This document shows, one piece after another, positions 38,291-51,289 of a stretch of DNA of 64,000 bases. The stretch's first letter is position 1. Each line of letters starts with the position of its first letter. The notes below the pieces were generated by a model that saw only the letters and a program-made list of their open reading frames with translations, searched no databases and was not told the origin of the DNA. The DNA is from Octopus sinensis. Taxonomy: Eukaryota. The position numbers and the translations under genes were made by a program. Where the stretch lies: positions 23,932,001 to 23,996,000 of the forward strand of contig NC_043015.1 in assembly GCF_006345805.1 (NCBI RefSeq). The letters are read 5' to 3'.

Positions 38291-40095
38291 ACAAGTAAAC
38301 TCAACAGAACAGGGCATGAATATAAAATTGGCGACGAGAACATAAGCCATGTATCTTATATGGATGATTTAAAACTATGGAAAATACGATAATGAGCTTG
38401 AAGGACTACTACTTACTGTGAAAGCAGTCAGGGATGACATCGGGATGGAATTTGGTCTTGATAAATATGCCAAGGTCGCTTTCTAGAAAGGGAATTTGAA
38501 GACCTCATATTAAGTGGTGTTGGATGTTGATAGAGTCATAAAAGAACTCGAGCAGGAACGAGCTTACAAATACCTCAGAATAAAGGAGTGCTCTAGCATT
38601 CAACCTGCAAATATGACAGAGACGATCAGAAAGGAGGGATTCAGTAGAGTTCAATCACTCCTAAAATCCGAGTTAAATGCACGTAACAAGATGTTGGCGA
38701 TAAATTCCTGAGTAGTTCTGGTTGTTATTTACAGTTATAATGTGTTGAACTGGAATATGAGCGAAATAAAGAAGACTGATAGGAAAATCCATTGCTGTTC
38801 ACTTGCAATAAGATGTACCCACCAAAGGCAGGTGTAGATCGTTTTTACCTACCCTGAGCTCAAGGAGATTGAGGTATAATCCAATTTGAAATTTCCAACA
38901 AAACCACCACAACTGAACTGGCAAAATATTTTGAGATATCTAACAAATGGATGCTAACGTTCGTTGAAAACGATGAAAGACGTAAGAGTCTTCATTCTGT
39001 TATGAAGGAGAGGAAACCATTTTCAGATGAGTTTATGCGTAATACTCAGGTTGAAGAGCACGAAGGAAGTGCAGCAACTGTAGTTGAAAAGATGAGATCT
39101 AAAGCAAAGCAAAATCCGCTTCAACAATTGACTCTTAAGCGGGAACAAAAACCTCTGCATGGCAAATATGTGGCCCGTAGCAAACACGATGATGTAGACC
39201 AGAAGAACAGCTATTAGAAGCTACGGAGCTCAGGGCTAAATGCAGAGTGGGTTTTATCTTAGCTGCCCAATATCAGGGCTTATTGACCCAGAACTATGAA
39301 GCCAATGTGAGGAAAAATGTTGTAGACCCAAAGTGCCGATACTGCACCGATAGGATAGAAACAGTGAACCACCTAATCTCTGGAAGTAAGATTTTAAACC
39401 TGTAGAGTACCAAACAAGATAGGACAGAGTTGGCCAATATCTACATTGGATAATGTGTCGGCATTATAAAATCAAAACTGCTGACAAATGGTACAAGCAC
39501 CACGCTGAGGCTGTAACTGAGAGAGAAAATGTAACCATTTTTCGGGACTACCCAGTACGTACAGATGGGACCATCAAAGCAAATGAACCAGATATTATTG
39601 TGAAAGATTAAAACAATAAAGTCTGTTGACTGATTGACATGAGCGTAAAAGAATTTAAGCCCAGAAAATATAAATATTTACTGATCGAAATAAAAAAGAT
39701 GTGACATCTCAAGACGATTACAATACCAGTGATTGTAGGAGCACCTGAAATGATCAAGGAACTGAAAATTATTTAAGAATGATCGCTGGTTTACCATCCA
39801 TGCAAGAAGTGCAAAAGGCTGTCTTAACTGTGACGTCACACACGTATTGAGAAGAGCATTGTCGCTGTGAATTTTCTTCCCCCCTCTTTATTTCATTTGT
39901 TTACTCTTGTATATTATATTTTTCATTTTTCTCTCTGTCTTCCCCCTTTTCTCTGTCACATGGCTATGTAAATGAACAATCCGATGTGTTTGTTTTAATG
40001 CCCTACCAATGTATACAGTACGTTTCTCTGCCCTAGGTATCAGGAAGATACTCGGCAAAAAGAAGTGAACGAAGATCCCAATAAGAATATAATAA
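38291..40095 (+). mobile_element. R4/Dong-type LINE fragment B (RT YMDD region to the 3' end), degraded
   Basis: Contains YMDDLKL, YKYLRI, LNARNKMLAINS, KPLHGKY, a CRYC zinc knuckle and a PDII motif. It begins and ends at (TAA)n. Confidence 0.85.
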
Positions 40096-40097
40096 AA

Positions 40098-40167
<70 letters not shown>

Positions 40168-40190
40168 TAATAATAACAATGATAATAATA

Positions 40191-40286
<96 letters not shown>

Positions 40287-40364
40287 TGATGATGATGATG
40301 ATGATCATGATGATCATGATCATGATGATCATGATGATCATGATGATCATGATAATAATAATTA

Positions 40365-41212
40365 TGTTTGGCATCCTTTCTGTCTCGGGAGACAATGGAG
40401 TTGCGCATTTTTTTTTTCTAGGTCTAGTCCGGCTGTTATATTTTATTTCCTGTTACATTTCTTGCTGTGGCTGTGTAGTCCTATCCTGGACAAACACTCC
40501 CTCTGGCAGGTACTGCAAATGTAGCGAAGACTGTTCCTGGCTGATTGTAGTGCCATGGTCTCTTGTTTATGTCTCTTCCTTTCTTTCCATTTCTCCTCTC
40601 TCTTTCTGTCACTCCTCTGTATACCCTCTTTTACTGTACGTCGCCATTCTCCACGGTTGCCGGCGACTGCCTCCCAACCGCTAATGTTGATGTTGCAGGC
40701 CTTCATATCCCTTTTGCAAACATCCTTGTAACGTAAGATCGGTCCTACCCACAGACCTAGTACCCCTAGCAAGCTCTCCGTAGAGTATTCCTTGGGGATT
40801 CTGCCATCTTTCATACGGCTAACATGCCCAAGCCATCTCATACGTCTTTGTGTGAGGAGTGCAACATGCTTGGTATTCCTGCTTGCCTGAGGACATCTTT
40901 GGGGATATGATTCTGCCATTTGATGTGGAGGATTTTCGGAGGCAGCGCAGGTGAAAGATGTTTAGGCGACGCTCTTGGCGTATGTATAGCGTCCAGGTCT
41001 CGCTTCCATACAGTAGAGTGCTGAGTACACATGCCTGGTAGATCTTCATTTTTGTGGTCTTGGTCAGCTTATTGTTGTCCCAAGCCCGTTTGGAGAGTTG
41101 GGCCATCGCAGCAGCTGCCTTGCCAATCCGTATATTGAGCTCAGCGTCAAGGGATAGGTTGTAGGTGACTGTAGAGCCCAGATAGGTAAACTTCTCCACC
41201 TCTTGTAATCTG
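40365..41212 (-). mobile_element. RTE-clade LINE, 5'-truncated (RT thumb to C-terminal C2H2-like finger)
   Basis: Reads EKFTYLGS, ELNIRIGKAAAAM, STLLYGSETW, RWLGHVSRM..GRIPK, LRYKDVCKRD and CSTCQRECLSRIGLHSHSKKC*, with two frameshifts. The tail gatgccaaacataattattat is RTE-like. Confidence 0.9.
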
Positions 41213-41752
41213 TTAGAATTTCGTTAATTCTCCCTAAATTCCGGCTGACCTGTTCGCTGGCCATTTTTATTTTCATTCTGCCACACGATGACGATACGCA
41301 AAGCTAAGAATATTTTTGCTCCTTTTTTCTTTTTTCTCCCTCTCTACTACGTTAGGACTGACAGTTTTAAATGATCTCATCGCTAACACCTATTAGAATT
41401 TCGTTAATTCTCCCTAATTCCGGCTGACCTGTTCGCTGGCCATTTTTATTTTCATTCTGCCACACGATGACGATACGCAAAGCTAAGAATATTTTTGCTC
41501 CTTTTTTCTTTTTTCTCCCTCTCTACTACGTTAGGACTGACAGTTTTAAATGATCTCATCGCTAACAACCTATTAGAATTTCGTTAATTCTCCCTAAATT
41601 CCGGCTGACCTGTTCGCTGGCCATTTTTATTTTCATTCTGCCACACGATGACGATACGCAAAGCTAAGAATATGTTTGCTCCTTTCTTCTTTTTTCTCCC
41701 TCTCTACTACGTTAGGACTGACAGTTTTAAATGATCTCATCGCTAACAACCT
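41213..41752 (+). repeat. Three tandem copies of a 180-bp unit
   Basis: Units start at 41213, 41393 and 41573 and differ by a few indels and substitutions. Confidence 0.95.
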
Positions 41753-41758
41753 CATCGC

Positions 41759-41799
<41 letters not shown>

Positions 41800-41802
<3 letters not shown>

Positions 41803-44128
41803 TCAAAATAAACGAAATAACAACACCAATCAAAATAAACGAAATAACAACACCAATTATAAACAGCATAAACCTAGCCGTCACTGAACTAGCCACTGAA
41901 ACGAAAAAAAAGTGATATACGCAGCAGCCACTGCAGCCACAAAAGAAGCTGGATACTCACCCAAACCCGCCCAAACAGGAGTACCACCACAAAAACAAAC
42001 CCTGTGGATAAATAACATCCAAAACAAAATAAAAAAAAATTAGAAAAGACCTGTCGATTCTTAATGAAATCAGCAAACAATCAACGCTACTGAGCAACAA
42101 AAAGAGAACAAAAATACTCCGCAAATATAACATCACAGAAAAAGATTTGCCGGGGATAAAAGGGCGTTTGATAGCATCCCCCACACATGAATCCTCGAAA
42201 CACTAGCCATTAACAAAGTAGCACCAACAATCATAAAATTCATAGAGCACTCTATGAATAAATGGCAAACAGTCCTACACCTCCAAACAAAAGAGGGACT
42301 CATGAAAACCAAAGACATCCCCATTAGAAGAGGAATATTCCAGGGAGACACGCTCTCTCCACTCCTTTTCTGCTTGGCACTGTCACCTCTATCTCATATG
42401 CTAAATAGAACTGGATGCGGATATAAATGTTACGGCAAAACGATCAGCCACCTTTTATATATGGATGACCTAAAACTATACGCTGCAAATGACAAACAGC
42501 TGGAAACACTATTAAAGACAGTTCATGGATTTACCAAAGAAATAGATATGAAATTTGGATTAGAAAAATGGGCCAAAGTAACCATGAAAAGAGGAAAACT
42601 AGTAAAGAGTAACAACATCACACTAGATAAAATCAATGAAATAAAAGAATTAGACCAAAGCCAAACTTACAAATACTTAGGAATCCATGAACTAGATAAG
42701 ACACAACACACACAAATGAAAGAGAAAATAAGAAAAAGAATATTATAGACGAGTTAGATCAATACTAAAAACATAGCTCAATGCTAAAAACAAGATAATA
42801 GGTATCAACACTTTAGCTGTCCCAGTTATAAGTTACAGCTACACTATCCTTAACTGGACACGAAATGAACTGTCCAAAATAGATAGGAAAACAAGAAAAA
42901 TAATGACTGGATCTAGGATGCATCACCCAAAATCTGACATAGAAAGACTATATATACAACGTATAGAAGGTGGTAGAGGCCTTATACAGCTGGAAAACTA
43001 CTATAAAATAACCACCACAGGACTGCAAAAATATCTACTTCAGAAGGAAGGAAAACTGATCCAGATAGCAGCAAAACACGAGCAAAACAAAAAACTGTTC
43101 TCAGTATTTAAGGAAGCTGACAAATACAAACAAGAAATCATACCACCTAATAAACATGAAGAAGAAGAAGAAGAAGAAGAAGAAGAAGAAGAAGAAGAAG
43201 AAGAAGAAGAAGAAGAAGAAGAAGAAGAAGAAGAAGAAGAAGAAGAAGAAGAAGAAACAACAAAAGCTATAAAACAAATGAAATCCAAACTAAAAATAGA
43301 ACAGCAACGAACCATGATAAAACGATGGCAAGAAAAGCCCCTTCATGGTAAATACTGGACTAAACTAAACGCAAAAGAAATAGACAAAGAAAAATCCCAG
43401 CAATGGTTGAGAAGCTCAGGACTCAAAGCAGAGACAGAGGGATTTTTAATTGCAGCACAAGACCAAAGCCTCCCAACCAGAAATTACCAAAAACATGTAA
43501 TGAAAAGAAATATTACAAGTAACTGCAGAATTTGTGGAGATGGACAAGAAACAATAAATCATATTATCTCTAACTGCCCAGTCCTAGCTAAGAAGGAATA
43601 TATTCACAGACATGACAGAGTTGGAACCTACATATATTGGAATCTATGCCAACGTTATGGAATAACAACAGAAAAAAGATGTTATAGGCACACACCAGAA
43701 AAGGTCACAGAAAACTAGAAAGCAACCATACTCTGGGATATACCGATACACACAGATAGAGAAATTAAGGCCAACAGACCAGATATAGTTGTCAGAAGAC
43801 AACGTGTCTCTAAAAGAAATGGAGAAACTCTCAAAATACAAAGACCTGGAAATAGAGGTAACTAGAATGTGGAATCTGAAAACAGAAACAATTCCTATCA
43901 TAGTAGGTGCATTAGGCATGATAAAAAAATATTCAGACAAATACATAACAAAAACACCAGGACTTACAAACACCTATAACATACAGAAAATTGCACTACT
44001 AGGCACTGCACACATCCTACGCAGAACACAATAACCATCAGAGCATCACAACAAATCACAGCACATACCCAAGGCACACAGAGCTGCGCTCGGTAGTGAA
44101 GTGGAAGCACGCTATAAAAATAAAACTA

Positions 44129-44131
<3 letters not shown>
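41800..44131 (+). mobile_element. R4/Dong-type LINE copy C (RT, CCHC finger, restriction-like endonuclease), with internal deletions
   Basis: Reads AFDSIPH, RGIFQGDTLSPLLF, LLYMDDLKLY, YKYLGI, GGRGL, CRICG..QETINHIISNC, RHDRV, RPDIV and EK.SKYKDL. (TAA)n flanks both ends. Confidence 0.92.
42903..43718 (+). CDS. Post-RT and zinc-finger part of the Dong-type ORF with an in-frame (GAA)33 poly-Glu insert; TE pseudo-ORF
   Basis: 271-aa ORF in the track; the GAA tract spans 43158-43256 (99 bp). Confidence 0.7.
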   Translation: MTGSRMHHPKSDIERLYIQRIEGGRGLIQLENYYKITTTGLQKYLLQKEGKLIQIAAKHEQNKKLFSVFKEADKYKQEIIPPNKHEEEEEEEEEEEEEEEEEEEEEEEEEEEEEEEEETTKAIKQMKSKLKIEQQRTMIKRWQEKPLHGKYWTKLNAKEIDKEKSQQWLRSSGLKAETEGFLIAAQDQSLPTRNYQKHVMKRNITSNCRICGDGQETINHIISNCPVLAKKEYIHRHDRVGTYIYWNLCQRYGITTEKRCYRHTPEKVTEN

Positions 44132-44165
<34 letters not shown>

Positions 44166-44181
44166 TAATAATAATAATAAT

Positions 44182-44216
<35 letters not shown>

Positions 44217-44230
44217 ACAACAACAACAAC

Positions 44231-44296
<66 letters not shown>

Positions 44297-44297
<1 letters not shown>

Positions 44298-45335
44298 GAC
44301 ATACAAGAAACAAGCACAGAAAAAGCTAAGCGCATGAAAACCCGTGCCAAAACTGCGGCCTTAGATATTCTGAATGATAAATGGCGAGAAAAACGTCTCT
44401 ATGGCAAATACCCAAAGAGAGTGAATAATGCAGATGTTGACAAAGCCCTGACCCATCAATGGCTAATGGCCTCTGGCTTAAAATCTGAAACAGAAGGGTT
44501 TATCATAGCAGCTCAAGATCAATGCCTACCAACAAGAAACTACCAGGCCAACATATTAAAGACCGGCAGTAGCCCATGTCATGTATGTCAACAACAAAAT
44601 GAAACCATTCATCATGTTGCCTCCAAGTGCAGTCTTCTAACGCCTACAGAGTATCTCAATAGGCATGATAGAGCTGCACAATATATTCACTGCGTAATTT
44701 GCAGAAACCTGGATTTGCCCCATAAAAGAAACCGGTGGGACCACAAACCACCTCCAGTGCTTGAAAATGACCACATCTCACTCCTCTGGAACTTCACCAT
44801 TCAAACTGACAGAAAGATAGATGCAAATAGGCGAGACATCATATTGAAAAAACTTCAGACAAAGAACATGCCTCCTCATTGATATGACTGTCCCAATCGA
44901 TATAAACGTGTCTGTCAAGACCTACCAAAAACTGAGCAAATATAAAGATCTTGAAATAGAAATCAGCAAAATGTGGAACCTGAAGACTAAAACAATACCT
45001 GTTCTCATAGGTGCCCTGGTAATGATAGTGAAAGGGGCTGATCGTTACCTAACTCAGATACCAGGAAACCCCAAAATGGCAGAAATTCAAAAGATAGTGT
45101 TCATTGGAACTGCTCATATCCTATGCAAAATACTTTCTATGTAATTTCAGGGTTTAAAACAAACATAATTTTCGTTTTTTTTTTGACATTCACTAGTACA
45201 ACACCAAAAAAAACCCCGAATATATGGCACACTAGGCATAACAACAACATGAACTTCCAAGCTATTGCCTCTTGAGGTCTCTGGGTGAGACTTGGAGCCA
45301 ACTTGTACAAATATAAATCAAAAGTCAAACATAGA
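44297..45335 (+). mobile_element. R4/Dong-type LINE 3' fragment D
   Basis: ORFs 44334-44882 and 44884-45144 read GLKSETEGFIIAAQDQ, a C..C..H..C finger, RHDR, RRDII and KLSKYKDL. (TAA)n flanks both ends. Confidence 0.88.
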
Positions 45336-45344
45336 ATAATAATA

Positions 45345-45404
<60 letters not shown>

Positions 45405-45565
45405 GAAGATGATGGTGATCATGACGACGACGACGAGGACGTTGACGATAATGATGATGATGACCATGGTGGTGGTGGTGGTGGTGGTGACGATGATACG
45501 AAGACATGGAAACTATTGAGAGTGAACGATGATGATGATGATGACGTTGGTGGTGGTAGTGGAGG

Positions 45566-45600
<35 letters not shown>

Positions 45601-45639
45601 CTACGAAGACATGGAAACTATTGAGAGGGAGCAGATAAG

Positions 45640-46645
45640 TTATACTTGTCTAGAATTAATGTTGGTTGAGGTTTGATCAATTGTCAGGCTTGTGAGGAAG
45701 CAGAGGAAAACAGCTTATGGTGGCATGTAAAAAATACCGCGAATAAGTCACGCATCATCAAAATTGATAGTTGTGTTAAGAAAGAGAAATTTAAGAAGGA
45801 AGCGTACGCAGAAACGAAGTAGCATGGAAGGAGAAGAAAAAGAAATAGACGGTCAGTTTGCAAGAGTTACGAGCTCCAAGACAGATAAAGAAAGCCGGTG
45901 CAAATGGATGCGGAGGAGTGACCTGAACACAGAAACTAATCACTAATATGCGCGACACGAGAACATGCATCGAAGACAAAATTAGTGAAGTACAGAACTG
46001 ATAACACAACAGAGAGCGACAAATGCAGAATGTGTGGTAAAACAGCTGAAATGAAATGGCACATTTGTAGTGAATGCCCTATATTGGGACAACCCGAATA
46101 CAAAAGACGACATGACAATGAGGCAAGAAAGACTCTCTCGTTTCTCAGTTGATATGAAGCCTTACAAAGAGCAAATGCTTGGTAGGACCAAATCCCAGGA
46201 TGTGTTACTAAGATTGCTTCAGTGTGACCATCTGATCAGTGAACAGAAAAGAACATCCGTGAACGATAATCGACACAGCAGGTCCTGGTTAAAACAGGAT
46301 CGAAGAGAATGAAGCAAAACGTGGACAATAATGAATGATTAAAGTGGGAAACACGTAGATTTCGGTAAGGAAGAGATACCGATAGTAATGGTGGTGATAC
46401 CAATAGTAATTGGCGCGCTTGAAAGTATGAGCACTTTACCAACGTGGCTCAAGAAAATTGGGACAAAGGTAAAGTTAAAACACCTACAAAAATCAGCATT
46501 GCTTGGATCTGCAAGAATTCTTCGCAGGTTTCTTGAAACATGATTAGCACGCAAGTGTCACCTTAGTCTGCTGATTGTGAGAAGCTGATACTTTCCATCA
46601 AACCCAGCAAAATAAGATGAGAGACTTCCTCAGATGAAAATTATA
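45640..46645 (+). mobile_element. R4/Dong-type LINE 3' fragment E (divergent subfamily), degraded
   Basis: Reads GQFAR, W.RRSDL.TET, KCRMCG...HICSECP...YKRRHDN, IPIV....GAL and LQKSALLGSARILRRFLET*. Confidence 0.75.
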
Positions 46646-46884
46646 ATCACTCATTATTTCCTTGTTTCAATGATTTGACTGGGACTAGGAATTTTCAGGA
46701 ATTTTAGTCGAACAAATCGAAAACAATGCTTATTTTTTAAAGCTTGCCCCGTGTTTTATCGGTCTTTTTTATAGAACTAGCAGGTGACGGCGCCGTAAAC
46801 ACACAAACATCGGTTGGGAAGCAGTTTTGGTGGACAAACTTACACACACATACATATATATTTACATCCATATATATATATATA

Positions 46885-47190
46885 TGTCTTGTTGCTGGTT
46901 CCTTCTCGAGCCACACCTGGCTCATACGGCCGGTTTTCCGGTTTCCTTCGCGTATGGGTTCCCCACCTGGACGGGACGCCAGTCTGTCGCAGGTGAGCTG
47001 CAAGATGCAGGAGGAAAGAGTGAGAGAAAGTTGTGGGGAGAGAGTCAGCAGAGGTTCGCCATTATCTTCTGCAGGGGCCGCATGGAACTTAGGTGTTTTG
47101 CTCGTAAACACACACATCACCCGGTTTGAGATTCGAATTCTCGATCCCTCGACCGCGAGTCCGCTGCTCTAACCACTAGGCCATGTGCCT

Positions 47191-47192
<2 letters not shown>
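46885..47192 (-). mobile_element. tRNA-derived SINE with a Meta/V-like central domain, nested in the central microsatellite of an older octopus-type SINE (host ~46670-47390)
   Basis: The head ggaggcacatggcctagtggttagagcagcggactc...attcgaatc has A and B boxes, and the body contains gactggcgtcccgtccagg...ggaaaccgg. The 3' half of the host SINE lies to the left and its 5' half to the right. Confidence 0.7.
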
Positions 47193-47257
<65 letters not shown>

Positions 47258-48308
47258 AAAGATAGGCTACTTTATATTTCCGCCTATCAAATCCCCTCAC
47301 AAGGTTTTGGTTAGCATTGTCCTACAGCAGAAGACACTTCAACAAGTTACTACTGAAAACTGTACCATGGCTTTGAGAAGCCACCGCTTCATTTCCTGAC
47401 TAGTACATTATTTTATTAAACGCGAAGAATTAAAGCTATGTTTGCACCGGCGATATTCGAACGTACAGTGGCATATAATATATCGCTAAGCTCTTAGTCC
47501 GAGGTGTTAACGCTTCTGCCAGCTCACTATATTGATTTGTTTCAAATATTGGCACAATGAAGGCGGGGAGCTGGCAGAAACGTTAGCACGCCGGGCGAAA
47601 TGCTTAGCGATAATTCGTCTGTGTTTACGCTCCAGGATTAATTTCTGCCGAGGTCAACTTTGCCTTTCATCCTATCGGGATCGATAAATTAAGTACCAGT
47701 TGCGTACTTGGGTTGATCTTATTTGTTCAATATCACCAACTCCACAACTTGACTGGAATCTTGACAACGACGACTGTCAGGTTAAAGGTGACGGCAGCGA
47801 TGATAGCGACGATAATCACGTCCACAACATCGACAACAATGATCATGGTGGTAGTGGTGATGGTGGTGGTGGTGATGGTGGTGGTAGTGAAGATCTTCTA
47901 ATAACAAATGTAATAATGCAATGAAATATATTTTCTGTCAAAAAGCGGAAATAAATTTCTATATAAAAAGATTAAATAAAAATAAAATACAGTTGAAAGA
48001 CGTGGAAGACAGGAGATGGGAGAGTATAAATTAGAATAAATTAGAATGACAGAGTGATTGAGAGGGTGAGACAATAAAACAGAATAATGCCCCAAGCTGT
48101 TGCCATTTTTATATGGCATTAGTTATAGGAATTCGATCTGAATGGACCTTATTCTTAAGAGACACATTGGATGCCAGGGTATTGATATGTTATAAAATGA
48201 GCACCAGCTGCTTGTATAAAATATTATTTCAGTTGTATTAGTGGTTATTTATGCAGTTGACCACACTTGCATAAATACGGTGCATGAAATATGTGTGTGT
48301 ATACATAC

Positions 48309-48377
<69 letters not shown>

Positions 48378-48399
48378 ATATATATAGATATATATATAT

Positions 48400-48462
<63 letters not shown>

Positions 48463-48945
48463 TATAGATTGATAGATAGATAGATACATAGATAGATAGA
48501 TAGATACATCTGATATCTACTTCCCCCTTCACTCCTATCTACCTCCTGTCTTCATTGATACCATCCCACCAAAAACCCCTCACACCTCCACCTCCCCGCC
48601 CCAATCTCCCTCCCATGCACCCCCACTTCACACCAGCACACCAAACGTCAAACCACACCATCACACTACGTACTCTAATCCACACACCCACACACCATCA
48701 ACCTCACAAGCAATCAATAGCGTCGCCACACATACCAATATATGAGCATCCACATGTTACAGACGCACTCACACACACACACATTCGCACACGCTATTCT
48801 CACTTAAACACACACACGGAAGCGTGGATCATTAGCACTTTATTAACTCCCTTTCTTTCAACCTCTTCTATTTTGTGAATCATTCCCCATGTTTCACCGT
48901 TAAATCTACACGCTTTTGTCAATCGTTTTCTGTTTTCTCTTATTC

Positions 48946-48981
48946 CTTTCTGTTGAAGAGTGTAGGCTCGAAACATAAAAG
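48946..48981 (+). ncRNA. Degenerate minimal HHR-like motif in a pseudo-LTR-like relic
   Basis: Reads CTTT-CTGTTGA-A-GAGT GTAG GCTC-GAAAC-ATA-AAAG. Stems I and II form, but A6 and the stem III pair deviate from the consensus. Confidence 0.4.
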
Positions 48982-49903
48982 ACATTTTCATTTTCCCGTG
49001 AGTCAAACTAATACATCTGTCTTCGTCTCTTAGTTTTCTATAAGTTTTATCTATATATATATACATATGTGTATGTGTGTATGCGTACTTGCATGGCATG
49101 TGACCTGATCTGAGATCGTGTGCTGAAACAAAAACAATTGCAGCGTGGAAGGTGTTTATAAGCCATTTAAAAACACACAAAAACTGCTAGATTCACTTCA
49201 ACATATAAATTTCATTTGTCAACATATTTTCGTCGCTTCAAACCGTGACCTGTTCACTGATATAATTTAGATTCAGTTGAATTAGGGAATTAGAATGAGG
49301 AACGTAGTTGCACACGCAAAAAATATTAGGTGAATATCAAACGTTACATGGAAATTTTCCACCCGATTTTCATGCAGTGTATGCAGATGGCACGATCCAA
49401 TTCAGTGAATAAAATCGCTCTTGTTCGTTCAGACATGTACTTTATATAAAAATACTTTCCAAATACTTCCGAAGTGCAGATTCCAGGGAAGGTGGTTAAA
49501 ATATGAGTAACAAAGATGTCTAAGCGTCAATTCATCACAGCCGTTTCGAAAGCATAACATCATATGAAAGCATAACATCATTACAAAGGAAACCATTCTC
49601 ATCAGATCGCTACATAGGCATCAAGCATAAAGCAGAAGTTAAATATTTAAATAGCTTCATATCATAAACGAAGAGCAATGATTCTGCTGCTAAATTATTT
49701 TTGGCAGTGGTATCATTGTAAATATTTGCTCTGTATTGATGATATAATTATGTTTAAATATCTAACTTGTCCTTTATGCTTGAGGTCTATGCGGTCATCG
49801 GATGAGACCGGTTTTCTTTGTAATGATAATATGCTTTCATCGATCAATTACAAAAGTCACTCGAAACGGCCGTGATGAATAATACAACTTTGTTGTATAT
49901 ATT

Positions 49904-50000
<97 letters not shown>

Positions 50001-51289
50001 TGTGTGTATGTATGTATGTATGCGTATATATTCATAATATATAGAAGGCTAGAAGGCTATTGGTATATCAGTTGGTTATGCATGCTCCGTCAGAAAGTAG
50101 TACACTACTATGGTTTGATTCTGCAAATTATTACACAATTATAAAAGCAATATAAATATGGAAGACGTCCGGAGAAGTTTTAATAAATGTATTTTATTCA
50201 CTTTTGTACATATGTAGTAGAATGTAGTTGATATTCAGGTTTTATTTCATGATGGTAAGAAAATCATGTTTGGTGAATCGTTAAATGTGTATAAAGAGTA
50301 TAGAATATTTAATTTATAAACAGCAGACGTTATTTTTTCTCAACCGGTTTCTCAATCTTAGCCAAATATCTCGCGATTGAAACCTACTTTCAAAATATCC
50401 CCCATATTTAAGATGAAAGCATGAAAGGTAATTTACATGTTTTATGGAACTAATAATGCTATGTAAAAAAATAATAGATTCAACATTTAATAAGCTTTGA
50501 ATTAAATAAACTCGAACAGAATCAGAAGTACAAATTAATATTTTTAATGCTTCTTTCTTTTGTTTTAGTTTGTGTGCCTAAACTGAACAAAATGTGTATG
50601 AGTATTGTTTAATGTTGCTAAAATAATGTTTCTTGAAAAACAGATACGTGTATATTTTCGATTGAAATATATATAATTTTGTTCAAAGTATTTGTTATTA
50701 TATGTAAATACATGGTAGGAATTCTGTGTTTTCAGTAAATGCTCTCCTTTCCATTATGTAAAACACAACTTATCTACTGAACACTACGTCCCAACATACT
50801 TTCAAGATGCGGAGATGAGGCTTCTCTCACTGACTGTGAAGGCCCCACCAAAGATGGAAGAAAATCACTTTCATTAAATGTATTATAGGTATGAATATAC
50901 ATGCATACAAACTTACATTTGTTATAATATATTGATGACACAAACACACACACACACACACACACTATGCACATACCTATATATACATGCATATATATAT
51001 ATATATATATATACATACACACATACAAATATATATTCATACAGCGATACACATATGTGTGTGTGTTTGTATGCGTGTGTGCGTGTATGTGCACACACAC
51101 TTACACACATATGGTATAATGAATAAATACTTGTATTCATTTGTTGCATATTTTTGTACATAAAATTTTGTGCATAAATGTTGATAAAATGTAATGAATT
51201 CAGGACACATGTCAAATGAGTAAAGGATTAGTCAGCTATACCTAATCCCCATAAGGGAAAAAATAATAATAACAGTATATCGTTAGATT

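Noticed and set aside
41213-41752. CRISPR-like or satellite-gene reading of the tandem array
   Set aside because: The units are contiguous 180-bp copies without unique spacers, in a eukaryotic context with no cas genes.
47130-47192. tRNA-like sequence here and at 21250-21318 and 53897-53970
   Set aside because: These are SINE heads with A and B boxes but no complete cloverleaf, and they continue into SINE bodies, so they are not tRNA genes.
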